Notes: a model not told the origin generated them from the letters alone. A DNA stretch of 64,000 nt from Myxococcota bacterium (GCA_965223415.1 OZ245002.1:3296001-3360000); one strand, 5' to 3'; positions 19,262 through 31,600 are shown, numbered from the stretch's first letter. Numbers and translations are program-made.

Positions 19262-20458
19262 ATGCCCATCCAGCTCGACGACATCCTGAAGGTGGCCCTG
19301 AAAGGCGGCGCGTCCGACATCCACTTGAAGTCCGGTCTCCCGCCGATGTTCCGGGTCGACGGCGCTCTCGTTCCGCTGAAGAACGGCGAGCGGATCCTGC
19401 CCGACGAGATGCAGAAGCTGGCGCTCAGCATCATGAACCCGGTGCAAAAGGCGCGCTTCGAGGAATACCGCGAGGCGGATCTGGCCTACGGCATTCCGGG
19501 GCTCGGCCGCTTCCGCGTCAACGTCTTCCAGCAGCGCGGAACCGTTGGCATCGTCTTCCGGGTCATTCCCTTCGGCGTGAAGACGATCGAGCAGCTGCTT
19601 CTGCCGCGGGTGATCGAGAAGATCGCGATGGAGCATCGCGGGCTCGTGCTCGTGACCGGGACGACGGGCTCCGGCAAGTCGACCAGCCTCGCGGCCATGA
19701 TCGACTACATCAACTCGAACCGGACCTCGCACATCATCACCATCGAGGACCCGATCGAGTTCCTGATCCGCGATCGCCGCTCGATCGTGAACCAGCGCGA
19801 GATCGGCGTCGACACCCAGAGCTTCGCCAACGCCCTGCGCGCGGCCCTGCGCCAGGACCCGGACGTCATCCTGGTCGGCGAGATGCGCGATTTCGAGACC
19901 ATCGAGACCGCCATCACCGCCGCCGAGACCGGCCACCTGGTGATGAGCACGCTCCACACCCTCGACGCCACGGAGACGATCAACCGCATCATTTCCGTCT
20001 TCCCGCCCTACCAGCAGAAGCAGGTGCGGCTGCAGCTGGCGTCGATCCTGAAGGCGGTCATCTCCCAGCGCCTGGTGCCCCGTGCCGACGGCAAGGGCCG
20101 GGTGCCCGCCCTCGAGGTGATGGTCTCCACCGCCCGCGTGCGCGAGTGCATCGGCGACAAGGATCGCACCAAGGAGCTCCACGACGCCATCTCGAAGGGC
20201 TTCACGACCTACGGCATGCAGACCTTCGACCAGTCGCTGATGCACCTGGTGAAGCAGGAGCTCGTCACCTACGACGAGGCGCTCAAGCACGTCTCGAACC
20301 CCGACGACTTCGCCCTGCGCTTCCGCGGCATCGCCTCCACCTCCGACGGCACCTGGGACGACTTCGAGTCCGACGAAGAGGGGGAGGAGGCCAAGGCCGA
20401 AGAGGAGGCGCCGGCTTCCGAGTCCTCCTCCGAAGACGACTTCATCGAGAGGTTCTAG
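19262..20458 (+). CDS. pilT: Type IV pilus retraction ATPase, PilT/PilU family
   Basis: [71 protein letters not shown]. Confidence 0.92.
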   Translation: MPIQLDDILKVALKGGASDIHLKSGLPPMFRVDGALVPLKNGERILPDEMQKLALSIMNPVQKARFEEYREADLAYGIPGLGRFRVNVFQQRGTVGIVFRVIPFGVKTIEQLLLPRVIEKIAMEHRGLVLVTGTTGSGKSTSLAAMIDYINSNRTSHIITIEDPIEFLIRDRRSIVNQREIGVDTQSFANALRAALRQDPDVILVGEMRDFETIETAITAAETGHLVMSTLHTLDATETINRIISVFPPYQQKQVRLQLASILKAVISQRLVPRADGKGRVPALEVMVSTARVRECIGDKDRTKELHDAISKGFTTYGMQTFDQSLMHLVKQELVTYDEALKHVSNPDDFALRFRGIASTSDGTWDDFESDEEGEEAKAEEEAPASESSSEDDFIERF

Positions 20459-20496
20459 GGGAGGGGGGGGGCGCTCCTCTTCCGCGGGCTGGGAGA

Positions 20497-20670
20497 CGCC
20501 GGTCCCGGGCGCCGGCCGGGCGGAATGGCTCGGCCGGGACACGGGGGCCGCGTAGGGCTCGCATGGAGGGGTCACCGCTTCCGGCCTTCGGCCGGCGGCG
20601 ACCTGAGCGCACGACGATCATGGTGCCTGCCTGCGCTTGATTTCCGCCCGGCCGGCGCCCGGGACCGGCG
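20497..20670. repeat. ~175-bp structured element with perfect 29-bp terminal inverted repeats, copy 2
   Basis: Same orientation and sequence as 18811-18985; internal CTTCGG-capped hairpin. Confidence 0.85.
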
Positions 20671-20948
20671 TTCGCGTCTTCATGGACGGACGCCGATCCC
20701 TTCGTGATGGGGCGCTTGGGCGGGCGGGCGTGGCTGAGAGGAGAGGGTGGAGCCGCCTCGGGGTTCGGAGGGGCGCGTTGCACGCGTTGCCTCCACCCCC
20801 TTCTTCTCTTCGTCGCTGGGTGGTGGTCCGAGTCCCCTCCCGATGTAGGGATCGCGGGGCCCACCCGCCGCCCCGCGATCTCGCACCGAGGAGCGAAGCG
20901 GCCCCCCTCCGGTATCTTCCCCGCCTTCCACCCCCAGGAGGTCCGGCC

Positions 20949-23587
20949 GTGGCGTGGTCTGCGCGAGACGTGCGCGAGACGTTTCTCTCGTTCTTCGAGG
21001 AGCGGGGGCATGCCCGTGTCCCCAGTGCGTCGCTGGTGCCGGAGAACGATGCCACGCTGCTCTTCGTCAACGCGGGGATGGTGCAGTTCAAGCGGACCCT
21101 CACCGGCGAGGAGACGCGGCCGTACTCCCGGGCGGTGACGACCCAGAAGTGCATGCGGGTCTCGGGCAAGCACAACGATCTCGAGGAGGTCGGGCGGAGC
21201 CCGCGGCACCACACCTTCTTCGAGATGCTCGGGAACTTCTCCTTCGGCGACTACTTCAAGCAGGACGCGATCCGCTACGCCTGGGAGCTGGTCACCGAGC
21301 ACTACCGGATCGACCCGGCAGACCTGGTCGTCTCGGTGTTCCGCGAGGACGACGAGGCGGCGGATATCTGGGAGCGGGAGATCGGCCTACCGCCCGGCAG
21401 GATCTACCGGCTCGACGAGGCCGAGAACTTCTGGAGCATGGGAGACACGGGGCCCTGCGGGCCGTGCACGGAGATCCACCTGGACCGGGGGCCGGTCGCG
21501 GGCTGGGACGACGACGATCCCTCCAGCGAGTCCGGGCGCTTCCTCGAGTTCTGGAACCTGGTGTTCATGCAGTTCAACCGGGAGGCCTCGGGGAAGATGG
21601 AGCCGCTGCCGAAGCCTTCGGTCGATACCGGCGCCGGCCTGGAGCGCGTCACCACCGTCCTGAACGGGATGGAGAGCACCTACCAGACGGACCTCTTCAC
21701 CCGGATCCTGGCGCGGGCCCAGGAGCTCGCCGGCGTGAGCCTCGGCAGCGCCGCCGAGAGCGACGTCTCGCTCAAGGTCGTGGCGGACCACGCGCGGGCG
21801 GTCTCCTTCCTGATCGGCGACGGGGTGCTGCCGTCGAACGAAGGGCGCGGCTACGTGCTGCGGCGGATCCTGCGGCGCGCGTCACGCCACGGCGTCCTGC
21901 TCGGCATCGAAGGCCCCTTCCTCCACGCGGTGGCCGACGCGGTGATCGACGAGATGGGCCCGGTCTTCCCGGAGCTGGTCGAGCGCCGGGCCTACGTGAC
22001 CGATCGGGTGAAGCGGGAGGAGGAGCGCTTCCTCGAGACCCTGAGCAAGGGCCTCTCGCTCCTCGAGGAGGAGATCACCGAGGTGAAGGCCGGCGGCGGG
22101 GACATCCTCCCCGGGCCGGTCGTGTTCCGTCTCTACGACACCTTCGGCTTCCCGGTCGACCTGACCCAGGACATCCTGCGCGGCCACGACCTGCGCACCG
22201 ACGACGCGGGCTTCCAGGCGGAGATGGAGGCCCAGCGCTCGCGCTCGCGCCAGGCGTGGAAGGGCAGTGGCGACGCCGGCGTGTACGAGATCTACGGCCG
22301 CATGGCGGCGGATCTCTGCACCAGCTTCGTCGGCTACGAGACCCTCGAGCACGGCGCCCCGGTGACGGCCCTGCTGCGCGGCGGCGAGCCGGTGGAGGAG
22401 GCCGGCACGGGCGACGAGATCGAGCTCGTCGTGGCGGAGACGCCCTTCTACGCCGAGAGCGGCGGCCAGGTCGGTGACATCGGCACCATCGCCACGCCCT
22501 CCGGCCGCATGGAGGTCGAGGACGTGCAGCGGCCCTCCGGCGAGCTGGTGGTACACCGGGGCAAGGTCGCGTCCGGGACGATCCACGTGGGCGAGGCGGC
22601 GGAGCTGGCCGTCGACGCGGAGGCCCGGGCGGCGACGGTGCGCAACCACACGGGAACCCACCTCCTCCACGCGGCCCTGCGCCAGGTGATCGGCCCCCAG
22701 GCGATGCAGAAGGGCTCGCTCGTCGCGCCGGATCGCCTGCGCTTCGACTTCACCCACGACGCGCCGCTCAGCGACGACGAGATCGAGCGCATCGAGGATC
22801 TGGCGAACGCCTGGATCGAGGCGAACGCCTCCGGTGCCGTGCGCACGATGGACTACAAGAGCGCGGTCGAGGCGGGCGCGATCGCGCTGTTCGGCGAGAA
22901 GTACGGCGACGACGTCCGCGTGGTCTCCTTCGGCGACGTCTCCACCGAGCTCTGCGGCGGAACCCACGCCAGGGCGACCGGGGACATCGGCCTGCTCAAG
23001 GTGGTTTCGGAGTCCGGCATCGCCGCCGGCGTGCGGCGCATCGAGGCGCTGACGGGCCTCGGCGCCCTGCATCACCTGCGCGAGCAGGGGCGCACCCTGC
23101 GCCAGCTCGGCGAGCTCCTGAAGGTGCCGGCGGAGCAGGCGCCGGACCGGATCCGCAAGCTCCTCGACGAGCGCAAGGCGGCAGAGAAGGAGATCGCCGA
23201 TCTGAAGCGCGCCCAGCTCTCCGGGGGCGGCGGGGCGGATGGCGGCGGCTGGGAGCAGGCCGGCGAGCTGTGGCGCTACGGCCGCAAGCTCAGCGGCGCC
23301 AGCGGCAAGGAGCTGCGCGGGATGGTCGACGACCTGCGTAACCAGAAGTCGCCGGCGGTGGTGTGCCTCATCTCCGACGCCGGCGAAGGCAAGGTGGCCG
23401 TGGCGATCGGCGTGACGCCGGACCTGCGCGAGCGCCTGCCCGCCGGCGCGCTGATGAAGGACGTGGCGCCGATCGTCGGCGGCAAGGGGGGAGGGCGGCC
23501 CGACTTCGCCCAGGGTGGCGGCAGCGACGCCTCCCGGATCGACGACGCGCTGGCCGCGTTCGAAGCCGCGGTGGCCTCGAGGCTCGG

Positions 23588-23591
<4 letters not shown>
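20949..23591 (+). CDS. alaS: Alanine--tRNA ligase
   Basis: GTG after AGGAGG; FVNAGMVQFK, HHTFFEMLGNFSFGDYFK, GPCGPCTEI, DTGAGLER, NHTGTHLLH, ELCGGTH, GGKGGGRPDFAQGGG. Confidence 0.97.
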
Positions 23592-25549
<1,958 letters not shown>

Positions 25550-25567
25550 CCGCGAAAGCGGCAGATC

Positions 25568-25642
25568 GGGGACGTTCCTTGCAACTTGCGCTTTCCCGCA
25601 GGGAAAGCGCAAGTTGCAAGGAACGTCCCCACTCTTGCGTTC
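25568..25642. repeat. REP-like long palindrome (30-bp perfect stem) between convergent genes; possible bidirectional terminator
   Basis: GGGGACGTTCCTTGCAACTTGCGCTTTCCC-GCA-GGGAAAGCGCAAGTTGCAAGGAACGTCCCC plus tail ACTCTTGCGTTC; related to 56149-56224. Confidence 0.85.
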
Positions 25643-25648
25643 CGGGGG

Positions 25649-26167
25649 TCAGTTGCGGGGTGGGGCGGCGACGTCCGGGGCGGTGGGGCGGAGGGTGTCG
25701 GCGGCGCTGTCGAGGAGGGCCAGGGTCTGGGTGTCGCGCAGGGCGGGATGGTCGGTGCCCAGGAGGCTGCTGGCGAGCAGCATGGCGAGGGTCACCACCA
25801 GCGCTCCTTCCGCCGCGCCTAGCGCGCCGCCGCCGAGGCGGTCGGCGAAGCCGAGCCCGACGGCCCGCGCTCCCCGGCGAAGGGCGCGACCGATCGCGCG
25901 CACACCCACCCACGCGGCGATGCCGACCAGCAAGCCCGCGAGGGCCCGCGCGACCAGCGGCGCCAGCTCCCAGCCCGTCGCGTCCAGGAGCCAGGCCGCG
26001 AAGGGAACGCTGCCGAAGCGGATCGCCAGGCAGGCGGCGGCCACCGCCGCCAGGGAGAAGGCCATGCGGATCATGCCGAGCCCGAGGCCCCGCAGGATCG
26101 CGACGGCCAGCACCAGCAGCGCGGCTGCGTCCACCGAGCCTAGCTCGCCTATCCAGTCCCCAAGCAT
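25649..26167 (-). CDS. cvpA: CvpA (colicin V production) family membrane protein
   Basis: Four TM helices, LRGLGLGMIR and GLGFADRLGGGALGAAEG motifs. Confidence 0.78.
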   Translation of the reverse strand: MLGDWIGELGSVDAAALLVLAVAILRGLGLGMIRMAFSLAAVAAACLAIRFGSVPFAAWLLDATGWELAPLVARALAGLLVGIAAWVGVRAIGRALRRGARAVGLGFADRLGGGALGAAEGALVVTLAMLLASSLLGTDHPALRDTQTLALLDSAADTLRPTAPDVAAPPRN

Positions 26168-26175
26168 CGAGGCGA

Positions 26176-26185
26176 AGTCTACACT
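26176..26185. promoter_or_regulatory. Overlapping divergent -10 elements (putative leaderless promoters)
   Basis: TACACT (+, 26180-26185) 6 nt before ATG 26192; TAGACT (-, 26176-26181) 8 nt before ATG 26167; 24-bp gap with no SD sequence. Confidence 0.5.
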
Positions 26186-26191
26186 GCGGCG

Positions 26192-27784
26192 ATGGGGGGC
26201 GGTCGGTACGACACGATCGTGGTCGGGGCCGGCCACAACGGCCTGACCGCCGCCGCCTATCTGGCCCGGGCCGGGCGGCGCACCCTCGTGCTCGAGCGGC
26301 GGGCCGTCGTCGGCGGCGCCTGCGTGACCGAGGAGCTCTGGCCGGGCTTCCACGTGTCCCGCGCCGCCTACGTGGCGGGCCTGATCCGCCCGGCCGTCGT
26401 GCACGAGCTCGACCTGGCCCGACACGGCCTCGTGTTCCTGCCCCGCGATCCCTCGTCCTTCACGCCGCTGCCCGACGGCGGCAGCCTTCTGATGGGTCGC
26501 GACGCCGCGGCCACCGCCGCCTCCGTCGCGCGCTTCTCACCCCGCGACGCCGATGCGCTGCCCCGCTACGAGGCCTTTCTCGACCGCATCGCCCGGGTGA
26601 TCGAGCCCCTGCTCGACGCACCGGCCCCGGACCCGGCGCGGCCGCGCCTCACGGACCTGCCGCCTCTGGGCCGGGCCCTGCGCGCCGCCTGGCGGCTCCG
26701 GCGCGAGCTCCCGGAGGCCCTGTCCCTCCTGCTCGGCCCGGCCCGCCCCACCCTCGAAACCTGGTTCGAGAGCGAGCCCCTGCGCGGCACCCTCGCCACC
26801 GACGCCCTGATCGGCGCCTTCGCCTCCCCGTCCACGCCGGGCAGCGGCTACGTGCTGTTCCACCACGTGATGGGGGAGACCGGCGGCGCCCGCGGCGTGT
26901 GGGCCTACGTGCGCGGCGGCATGGGCGCCTTCTCGGCGGCGCTGGCCGCCGCGGCGCGAGAGGCCGGCGCCGAGATCCGCACCGACGCACCGGTGGCGCG
27001 CATCGAGATCGCGGACGGACGCGTCCGCGGCGTGACGCTCGCGGATGGCACGGTCTTCGAAGCGGCCCAGGTGGTGTCCGGCGCCGATCCCCGTTGCACC
27101 TTCCTCGACCTGGTCGGCCGCGAGGCACTATCCGACCCGTTCGTGCGGAGCGTCGAAGCCATCGACTTCCGCAGCCCGGTCGTGAAGATCAATGCGGCCC
27201 TCGACCGCCTGCCCGTCTTCCGCGGCCACTCCCCCGGCCCGGAGCCCGGCCCCGAGCACCGCGGCACCATCCACGTCGGCGCCCTCGACCTGGACGCGCT
27301 CGAGGCCTCCTACGGCGCGGCGGCCGGGGGCGAGCTGCCCGGGTGTCCGATGATCGAGCTCACGCTGCCCTCGGCGGTGGACCCCAGCATCGCTCCCGCC
27401 GGCCGGCACGTGGCCTCCCTCTTCGTGCAGCACGTTCCGCCGGAGCTGCCGGCCGCGGAGTGGGACGCCCTGCGCCCGCGCATCGCCGAGCGCGTCTTCG
27501 CCCTCGTCGACGAGGTCGCACCGGGCTTCTCGGAGAGCGTGCTTCACCACGAGGTGCTGGCGCCGCCGGACCTGGAGCGCATCTTCGGGCTCGCGGGAGG
27601 CAACATCTTCCACGGCGCCATGAGCCTCGACCGCCTGGCCTTCCTGCGCCCGGTGCCCGGGCACGGCCGCTACGCCACCCCGATCGCCGGCCTCACCCTC
27701 TGCGGTGCCGGTGCCCATCCGGGCGGCGGCGTGATGGGCGCCTGCGGCCGCAACGCAGCGGCGATCGTCCTGCGCGGGCCCTAG
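26192..27784 (+). CDS. FAD-dependent oxidoreductase, phytoene dehydrogenase-like (COG1233/PYROXD2-like)
   Basis: VVGAGHNGL Rossmann motif, GGACVTEE, VRGGMG, GNIFHGAM, CGAGAHPGGGVMG. Confidence 0.87.
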   Translation: MGGGRYDTIVVGAGHNGLTAAAYLARAGRRTLVLERRAVVGGACVTEELWPGFHVSRAAYVAGLIRPAVVHELDLARHGLVFLPRDPSSFTPLPDGGSLLMGRDAAATAASVARFSPRDADALPRYEAFLDRIARVIEPLLDAPAPDPARPRLTDLPPLGRALRAAWRLRRELPEALSLLLGPARPTLETWFESEPLRGTLATDALIGAFASPSTPGSGYVLFHHVMGETGGARGVWAYVRGGMGAFSAALAAAAREAGAEIRTDAPVARIEIADGRVRGVTLADGTVFEAAQVVSGADPRCTFLDLVGREALSDPFVRSVEAIDFRSPVVKINAALDRLPVFRGHSPGPEPGPEHRGTIHVGALDLDALEASYGAAAGGELPGCPMIELTLPSAVDPSIAPAGRHVASLFVQHVPPELPAAEWDALRPRIAERVFALVDEVAPGFSESVLHHEVLAPPDLERIFGLAGGNIFHGAMSLDRLAFLRPVPGHGRYATPIAGLTLCGAGAHPGGGVMGACGRNAAAIVLRGP

Positions 27785-28506
27785 GGCACCATCCGCAGGT
27801 ACATCCGCGCGTCGCTGCGTGACGGCTCGCGCTCCAGCACTTCGGCCCAGGCGCGGCGGGCGTCGTCGATGCGGCCGAGCGTGTAGGACGTCAACCCGAG
27901 CTGGACCTGGGCCTCCAGGTAGTCCGGGTGCACGCGGAGGATGCGCCGGAACTCGGCCAGGCTCTGGCTGGGCAGGCCGGCCTCGCGGAGCGCGATGCCC
28001 AGGCGGTAGCGGATGTCGTGGAAGCCCGGCGCCCGGTCGAGTGCCTTGCGGTAGGCGTCGACCGCTTCGCGCCAGTCGCCCACCTCGGCGTAGGCGTCGC
28101 CGATCGCCGCGTGGAGGTTCGCCAGCTTCGCGCGGGTGGTGGCGTCGACCCGCTCCGGTCCCTCGTTGCGGAGCGGCTGATCGGCGCTCCGCTCGATCAG
28201 CGAGCGGGATTCGTCGAACATGCCGCGCTGCTCGTAGACCCCGGCCAGGGCCAGCACCGCCTCCGAGTAGCCCGGGTTGATCGCAAGGGCGCGCTCGAGG
28301 GCGTCCGTGGCCGGCTCCAGGGCACCTTGCCGCTCGTGCAGCAGGCCCACCATGTAGTGCACGTCGGCGAAGCGCGGGTGGTTCTCGAGGAGGGGCTGGA
28401 AGGCGCGCAGGGCGCCCACATCGTCACCGCTCTCGAAGCGCTGACGGCCCAGCAGGAAGGTCTCCCGCTCTCGGGCCGTCATGCGGCTCGCATGCCGCAT
28501 GGCCAT
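27781..28506 (-). CDS. Tetratricopeptide repeat protein
   Basis: Multiple TPR units (ADVHYMVGLL...ALAINPGY; DIRYRLGIAL...HPDYLEA); start uncertain. Confidence 0.82.
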   Translation of the reverse strand: MAMRHASRMTARERETFLLGRQRFESGDDVGALRAFQPLLENHPRFADVHYMVGLLHERQGALEPATDALERALAINPGYSEAVLALAGVYEQRGMFDESRSLIERSADQPLRNEGPERVDATTRAKLANLHAAIGDAYAEVGDWREAVDAYRKALDRAPGFHDIRYRLGIALREAGLPSQSLAEFRRILRVHPDYLEAQVQLGLTSYTLGRIDDARRAWAEVLEREPSRSDARMYLRMVP

Positions 28507-28507
28507 G

Positions 28508-29323
28508 CTAGTTCGGGGTGGCCGGCAGTCGGTCCTGGGCGGCCTTGGCCACGTCGCTACCTTCGTAGTTCTCGAGCAGGACTTCGAAGATGTGCGTGGC
28601 CTGGTCGTCGCGGTTCAGGTTCTGGTAGCAGACACCGAGCTTGTAGAGGGCGTCCGCGTCGAGGCCGAGGCCCGGGTACTCGTTCAGCACCGAGCGGAAC
28701 CGGTTCGCCGCACTCTGGAACTCTCCGCGCTCGAAGTAGAAATCACCGATGCCCATCACGTGGGTGCCGAGCTTGGTGCGCAGCTCCTTCCAGAGCGTCT
28801 CTGCCTCGGTGGCCTCCGGGGCGTAGGGGAAGCGGGTGATCACCGCGTCGAGCTGGGCCAGGGCGTCGCGGGTGGCGGTCTGGTCGCGGCCGGGCTCGCG
28901 GCTCTGGTTCTGGTGGCACTTGGCGGCGCGGAGCAGCGCGTAGGGCACCGAGCGGTGGTCCGGGTGGAGCTCGGCGAAGTCCCGGTAGTAGGTGAGCGCC
29001 TCTTCGTAGGATTCCTGCTGGTAGAAGGCGTCGGCGATCTTCAGCTCCGCGTCCGCCACGAGATCGCTGTAGGGGTAGTTGTCGATGATGTCCTGGAACT
29101 TCTGGATCGCGCCGGCATAGTCGGTCACGTCCATGGTCATGAAGCTCTTGCGGTCGGCGAGCAGCGCCTTGCCTTCCTCGAAGAGCTGCTCCGCGGTCGG
29201 CATCTCCTCGAGCTCGGCGTCGGGCGTCGACGCGCAGCCGGCGAGGCCGGCCAACGAGAGGGTCATGACGAGAACGATCGCCGCCCGGTGGGCCAGGCGA
29301 GTGGTTCGAAGCGCGGAAGACAT
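28508..29323 (-). CDS. bamD: Outer membrane protein assembly lipoprotein BamD
   Basis: Lipobox LAGC; DNYPYS, AELKIADAFY, FAELHP, RDQTAT, IGDFYF, AANRF TPR pattern. Confidence 0.87.
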   Translation of the reverse strand: MSSALRTTRLAHRAAIVLVMTLSLAGLAGCASTPDAELEEMPTAEQLFEEGKALLADRKSFMTMDVTDYAGAIQKFQDIIDNYPYSDLVADAELKIADAFYQQESYEEALTYYRDFAELHPDHRSVPYALLRAAKCHQNQSREPGRDQTATRDALAQLDAVITRFPYAPEATEAETLWKELRTKLGTHVMGIGDFYFERGEFQSAANRFRSVLNEYPGLGLDADALYKLGVCYQNLNRDDQATHIFEVLLENYEGSDVAKAAQDRLPATPN

Positions 29324-29389
29324 GCGGCACACCCCCGAAGGTCGTCCGGAAGATCCCCGATTTGGAAGGGTTTTCCGAGACGCCCCGGC

Positions 29390-29419
29390 AAGCTACCCGA
29401 AGCGTGAAGGCGGTGTCAA
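29390..29419 (-). promoter_or_regulatory. sigma70-type promoter for bamD
   Basis: Minus strand TTGACA-N18-TAGCTT. Confidence 0.55.
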
Positions 29420-29494
29420 TTTGCTAGGGTCCGCGGCCTCGCACGGCCCACCTCGCCGTGCCCACACCCCGGGGGAGTCATGGTCCACGATTCA

Positions 29495-29725
29495 ATGAAG
29501 AACCTGCAGTTCGATCGCCGTCTCCGCAGCCGCCGCGGCTGGGTCGCACCCGATGCCTTCGAGACCCATCTCGAGCAGCTCCCCGACGTCACCGACAAGG
29601 GCGAGATGCTGGGCGAGGAGGAGCCCCAGGCGGCCGCCCTGGCGTCGGCGCAGCCCGACATGGTGGCCGAGCCCCCCGCTGCGGCGCCCGCGCCGGGCTC
29701 GGGGTTCCCGCCCTCCGAGGGCTAG
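29495..29725 (+). CDS. Small hypothetical protein
   Basis: MKNLQFDRRL...HLEQLPDVTDKG with host-like codon usage; first gene of the run leading to ispE; start may be 29480. Confidence 0.65.
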   Translation: MKNLQFDRRLRSRRGWVAPDAFETHLEQLPDVTDKGEMLGEEEPQAAALASAQPDMVAEPPAAAPAPGSGFPPSEG

Positions 29726-29740
29726 GAGGCGGCGGGCCTC

Positions 29741-30328
29741 GTGATCAAGTCGCAGTTCGGCGAGGGCCTCGACGACCGCATCCAGCGGATCTTCCCCTTC
29801 CTGTTCAAGCGGCCGATCGATCCCAACCTGCTCTCGGTGCTGGGCGTCCTGGTCTCCTTCGCGGGCGCCTGGGCCTGGGCCGAGGGCCAGCTGCGGCTCG
29901 GGGCGGTCGCGGTGCTGCTCGGCGGCGCCTTCGACCTGGTCGACGGCGTGGTCGCCCGGCACAACGGCACCGCCAGCCCGTTCGGCGCCTTCCTGGACTC
30001 GACCCTCGATCGGGTCGTGGACGGGGCGCTGCTGCTCGCCCTGGTGATGCACTTCGCCCGCGCCGATGCCTTCGCGATGGCATGGGTCGCCGGCGTGGCG
30101 CTCGTCGCGACCCAGCTCGTCTCCTACACGAAGGCGCGGGCCGAATCGGTGGTGCCGGACTTCAAGGGCGGCATCCTCGAGCGCGCCGAGCGGGTGGTCA
30201 TCCTGGTGCTCGGTGCCGTGCTCGGGCTGATGGCCCTGGCCGTGGGCATCGTGGCCGTCGGCTCGACCTGGACCGCCGGCCAGCGCATCGCCATCGCCCG
30301 TCGCCGCATGGCCGGGCTTCACGCCTGA
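29741..30328 (+). CDS. CDP-alcohol phosphatidyltransferase (phosphatidylinositol-phosphate synthase-like)
   Basis: DLVDGVVAR...GAFLDSTLDR signature; SYTKARAE and GILERAER motifs. Confidence 0.85.
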   Translation: MIKSQFGEGLDDRIQRIFPFLFKRPIDPNLLSVLGVLVSFAGAWAWAEGQLRLGAVAVLLGGAFDLVDGVVARHNGTASPFGAFLDSTLDRVVDGALLLALVMHFARADAFAMAWVAGVALVATQLVSYTKARAESVVPDFKGGILERAERVVILVLGAVLGLMALAVGIVAVGSTWTAGQRIAIARRRMAGLHA

Positions 30329-30339
30329 GGAGGACACCC

Positions 30340-30699
30340 GTGCCCGACGAGGACCCGAACGAGAAGGGCTTCACGATCATCGATCGGCGAGGCGAGAAGA
30401 GCGACGAGCCCGAAGCGCCCGCCGAGGAGGCGGCCGCCGGTCCCGCCGACCTGCCCGGGGTCGACTTCGCGAGCTTCTGCCTCTCGCTGGCGACCTCCGC
30501 CCTCTACCACCTGGGCATGGTCGCCGACCCGGAGAGCGGCGAGCAGGGCGAGAAGAACCTGCCGGTGGCGCGGCACACCATCGACACCCTGGCGCTCCTG
30601 CAGGACAAGACCCAGGGCAACCTCACCCCCGAGGAGCAGGAGCTGCTCACGAACCTGCTGACCGAGCTCCGCATGCGGTTCGTGGAAGCCTCCAAGTAG
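30340..30699 (+). CDS. DUF1844 domain protein
   Basis: GAGGAGG RBS; GFTIIDRR, FASFCLSLATSALYHLG, ARHTIDTLALLQDKTQGNL. Confidence 0.8.
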   Translation: MPDEDPNEKGFTIIDRRGEKSDEPEAPAEEAAAGPADLPGVDFASFCLSLATSALYHLGMVADPESGEQGEKNLPVARHTIDTLALLQDKTQGNLTPEEQELLTNLLTELRMRFVEASK

Positions 30700-30706
30700 C
30701 GCCGGG

Positions 30707-31600
30707 GTGGAGCTTCGCGCGCCGGCCAAGATCAATCTGGGCCTGCGCGTCATCGGGCGCCGCGACGACGGCTACCACCTCCTCGATAGCCTCTTCCTCC
30801 CGCTCGAGTGGGCCGACGAGCTGGAGCTCGCCCCCGCCCCGCCCGGCGAGATCCGCTTCGAGCTCTCGGGAGCGCCGGCCCCGGACGTCCCCAGCGGCGA
30901 CGACAACCTGGCGGTGCGCGCGGCCCGGGCCTTTCGCGAGGCCGCCGGCCCGGGCCCCGGCGTGGCGATCCGTCTCCGCAAGCGGCTGCCCTCCGGGGCG
31001 GGCCTGGGAGGCGGCTCCAGCGATGCCGGAGCTGTGCTGCGGGGCCTCGCCGCCGAGGAGCCGGGGGCCCTGGCGCCCGCCGCTCTGGCCGAGCTGGCCC
31101 TCGGGCTCGGCGCCGACGTGCCCTTCTTCCTCGACCCGCGCCCGGCCCGGGTGACCGGGATCGGCGAGCACATCCAGCCCGTGGACGGCGTCGTCGCCTT
31201 CCCGGTGCTGCTGGCCCGGCTCGGTCCGCCCCTCACCACCGCCGAGGTCTTCCGGGCCTATGACCAGGCCCCGGCTTCGTTGACGCCCGGGGGGGCACAA
31301 CCTACGATCCGCCCGCTCTGGGCCCTGAGGGAAGAAGGGGGTCTGGTCCGGGCGGGCCCGCGGCTTCGCGGCCTCCTCCGGAACGACCTCGAGCCGGTGG
31401 CCGGCTCGCTTCGCCCCGCCGTGGCCCGGTTGCGAAGGGAGATCGAAGACAGCGGGGCCCTGGCCGCCGCCATGTCCGGGAGCGGGCCCGTCGTCTACGG
31501 GCTCTACGCGGACGAGGGCAGCGCCGAGCGAGCGGCCGTCCGGGTCCGGGAGCGAAGTGGTGCCGACGTCACGGTGACGCGCACGCTGGCCTCCCCCTGA
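30707..31600 (+). CDS. ispE: 4-diphosphocytidyl-2-C-methyl-D-erythritol kinase
   Basis: APAKINLGL, DGYH, KRLPSGAGLGGGSSDA, LGADVPFF, NDLE, MSGSG. Confidence 0.94.
   Translation: MELRAPAKINLGLRVIGRRDDGYHLLDSLFLPLEWADELELAPAPPGEIRFELSGAPAPDVPSGDDNLAVRAARAFREAAGPGPGVAIRLRKRLPSGAGLGGGSSDAGAVLRGLAAEEPGALAPAALAELALGLGADVPFFLDPRPARVTGIGEHIQPVDGVVAFPVLLARLGPPLTTAEVFRAYDQAPASLTPGGAQPTIRPLWALREEGGLVRAGPRLRGLLRNDLEPVAGSLRPAVARLRREIEDSGALAAAMSGSGPVVYGLYADEGSAERAAVRVRERSGADVTVTRTLASP

Noticed and set aside
18811..20670. 175-bp repeat as 6S RNA, tRNA or CRISPR
   Set aside because: Multi-branched rather than a rod with central bubble, no tRNA loops, and only two dispersed copies without spacers
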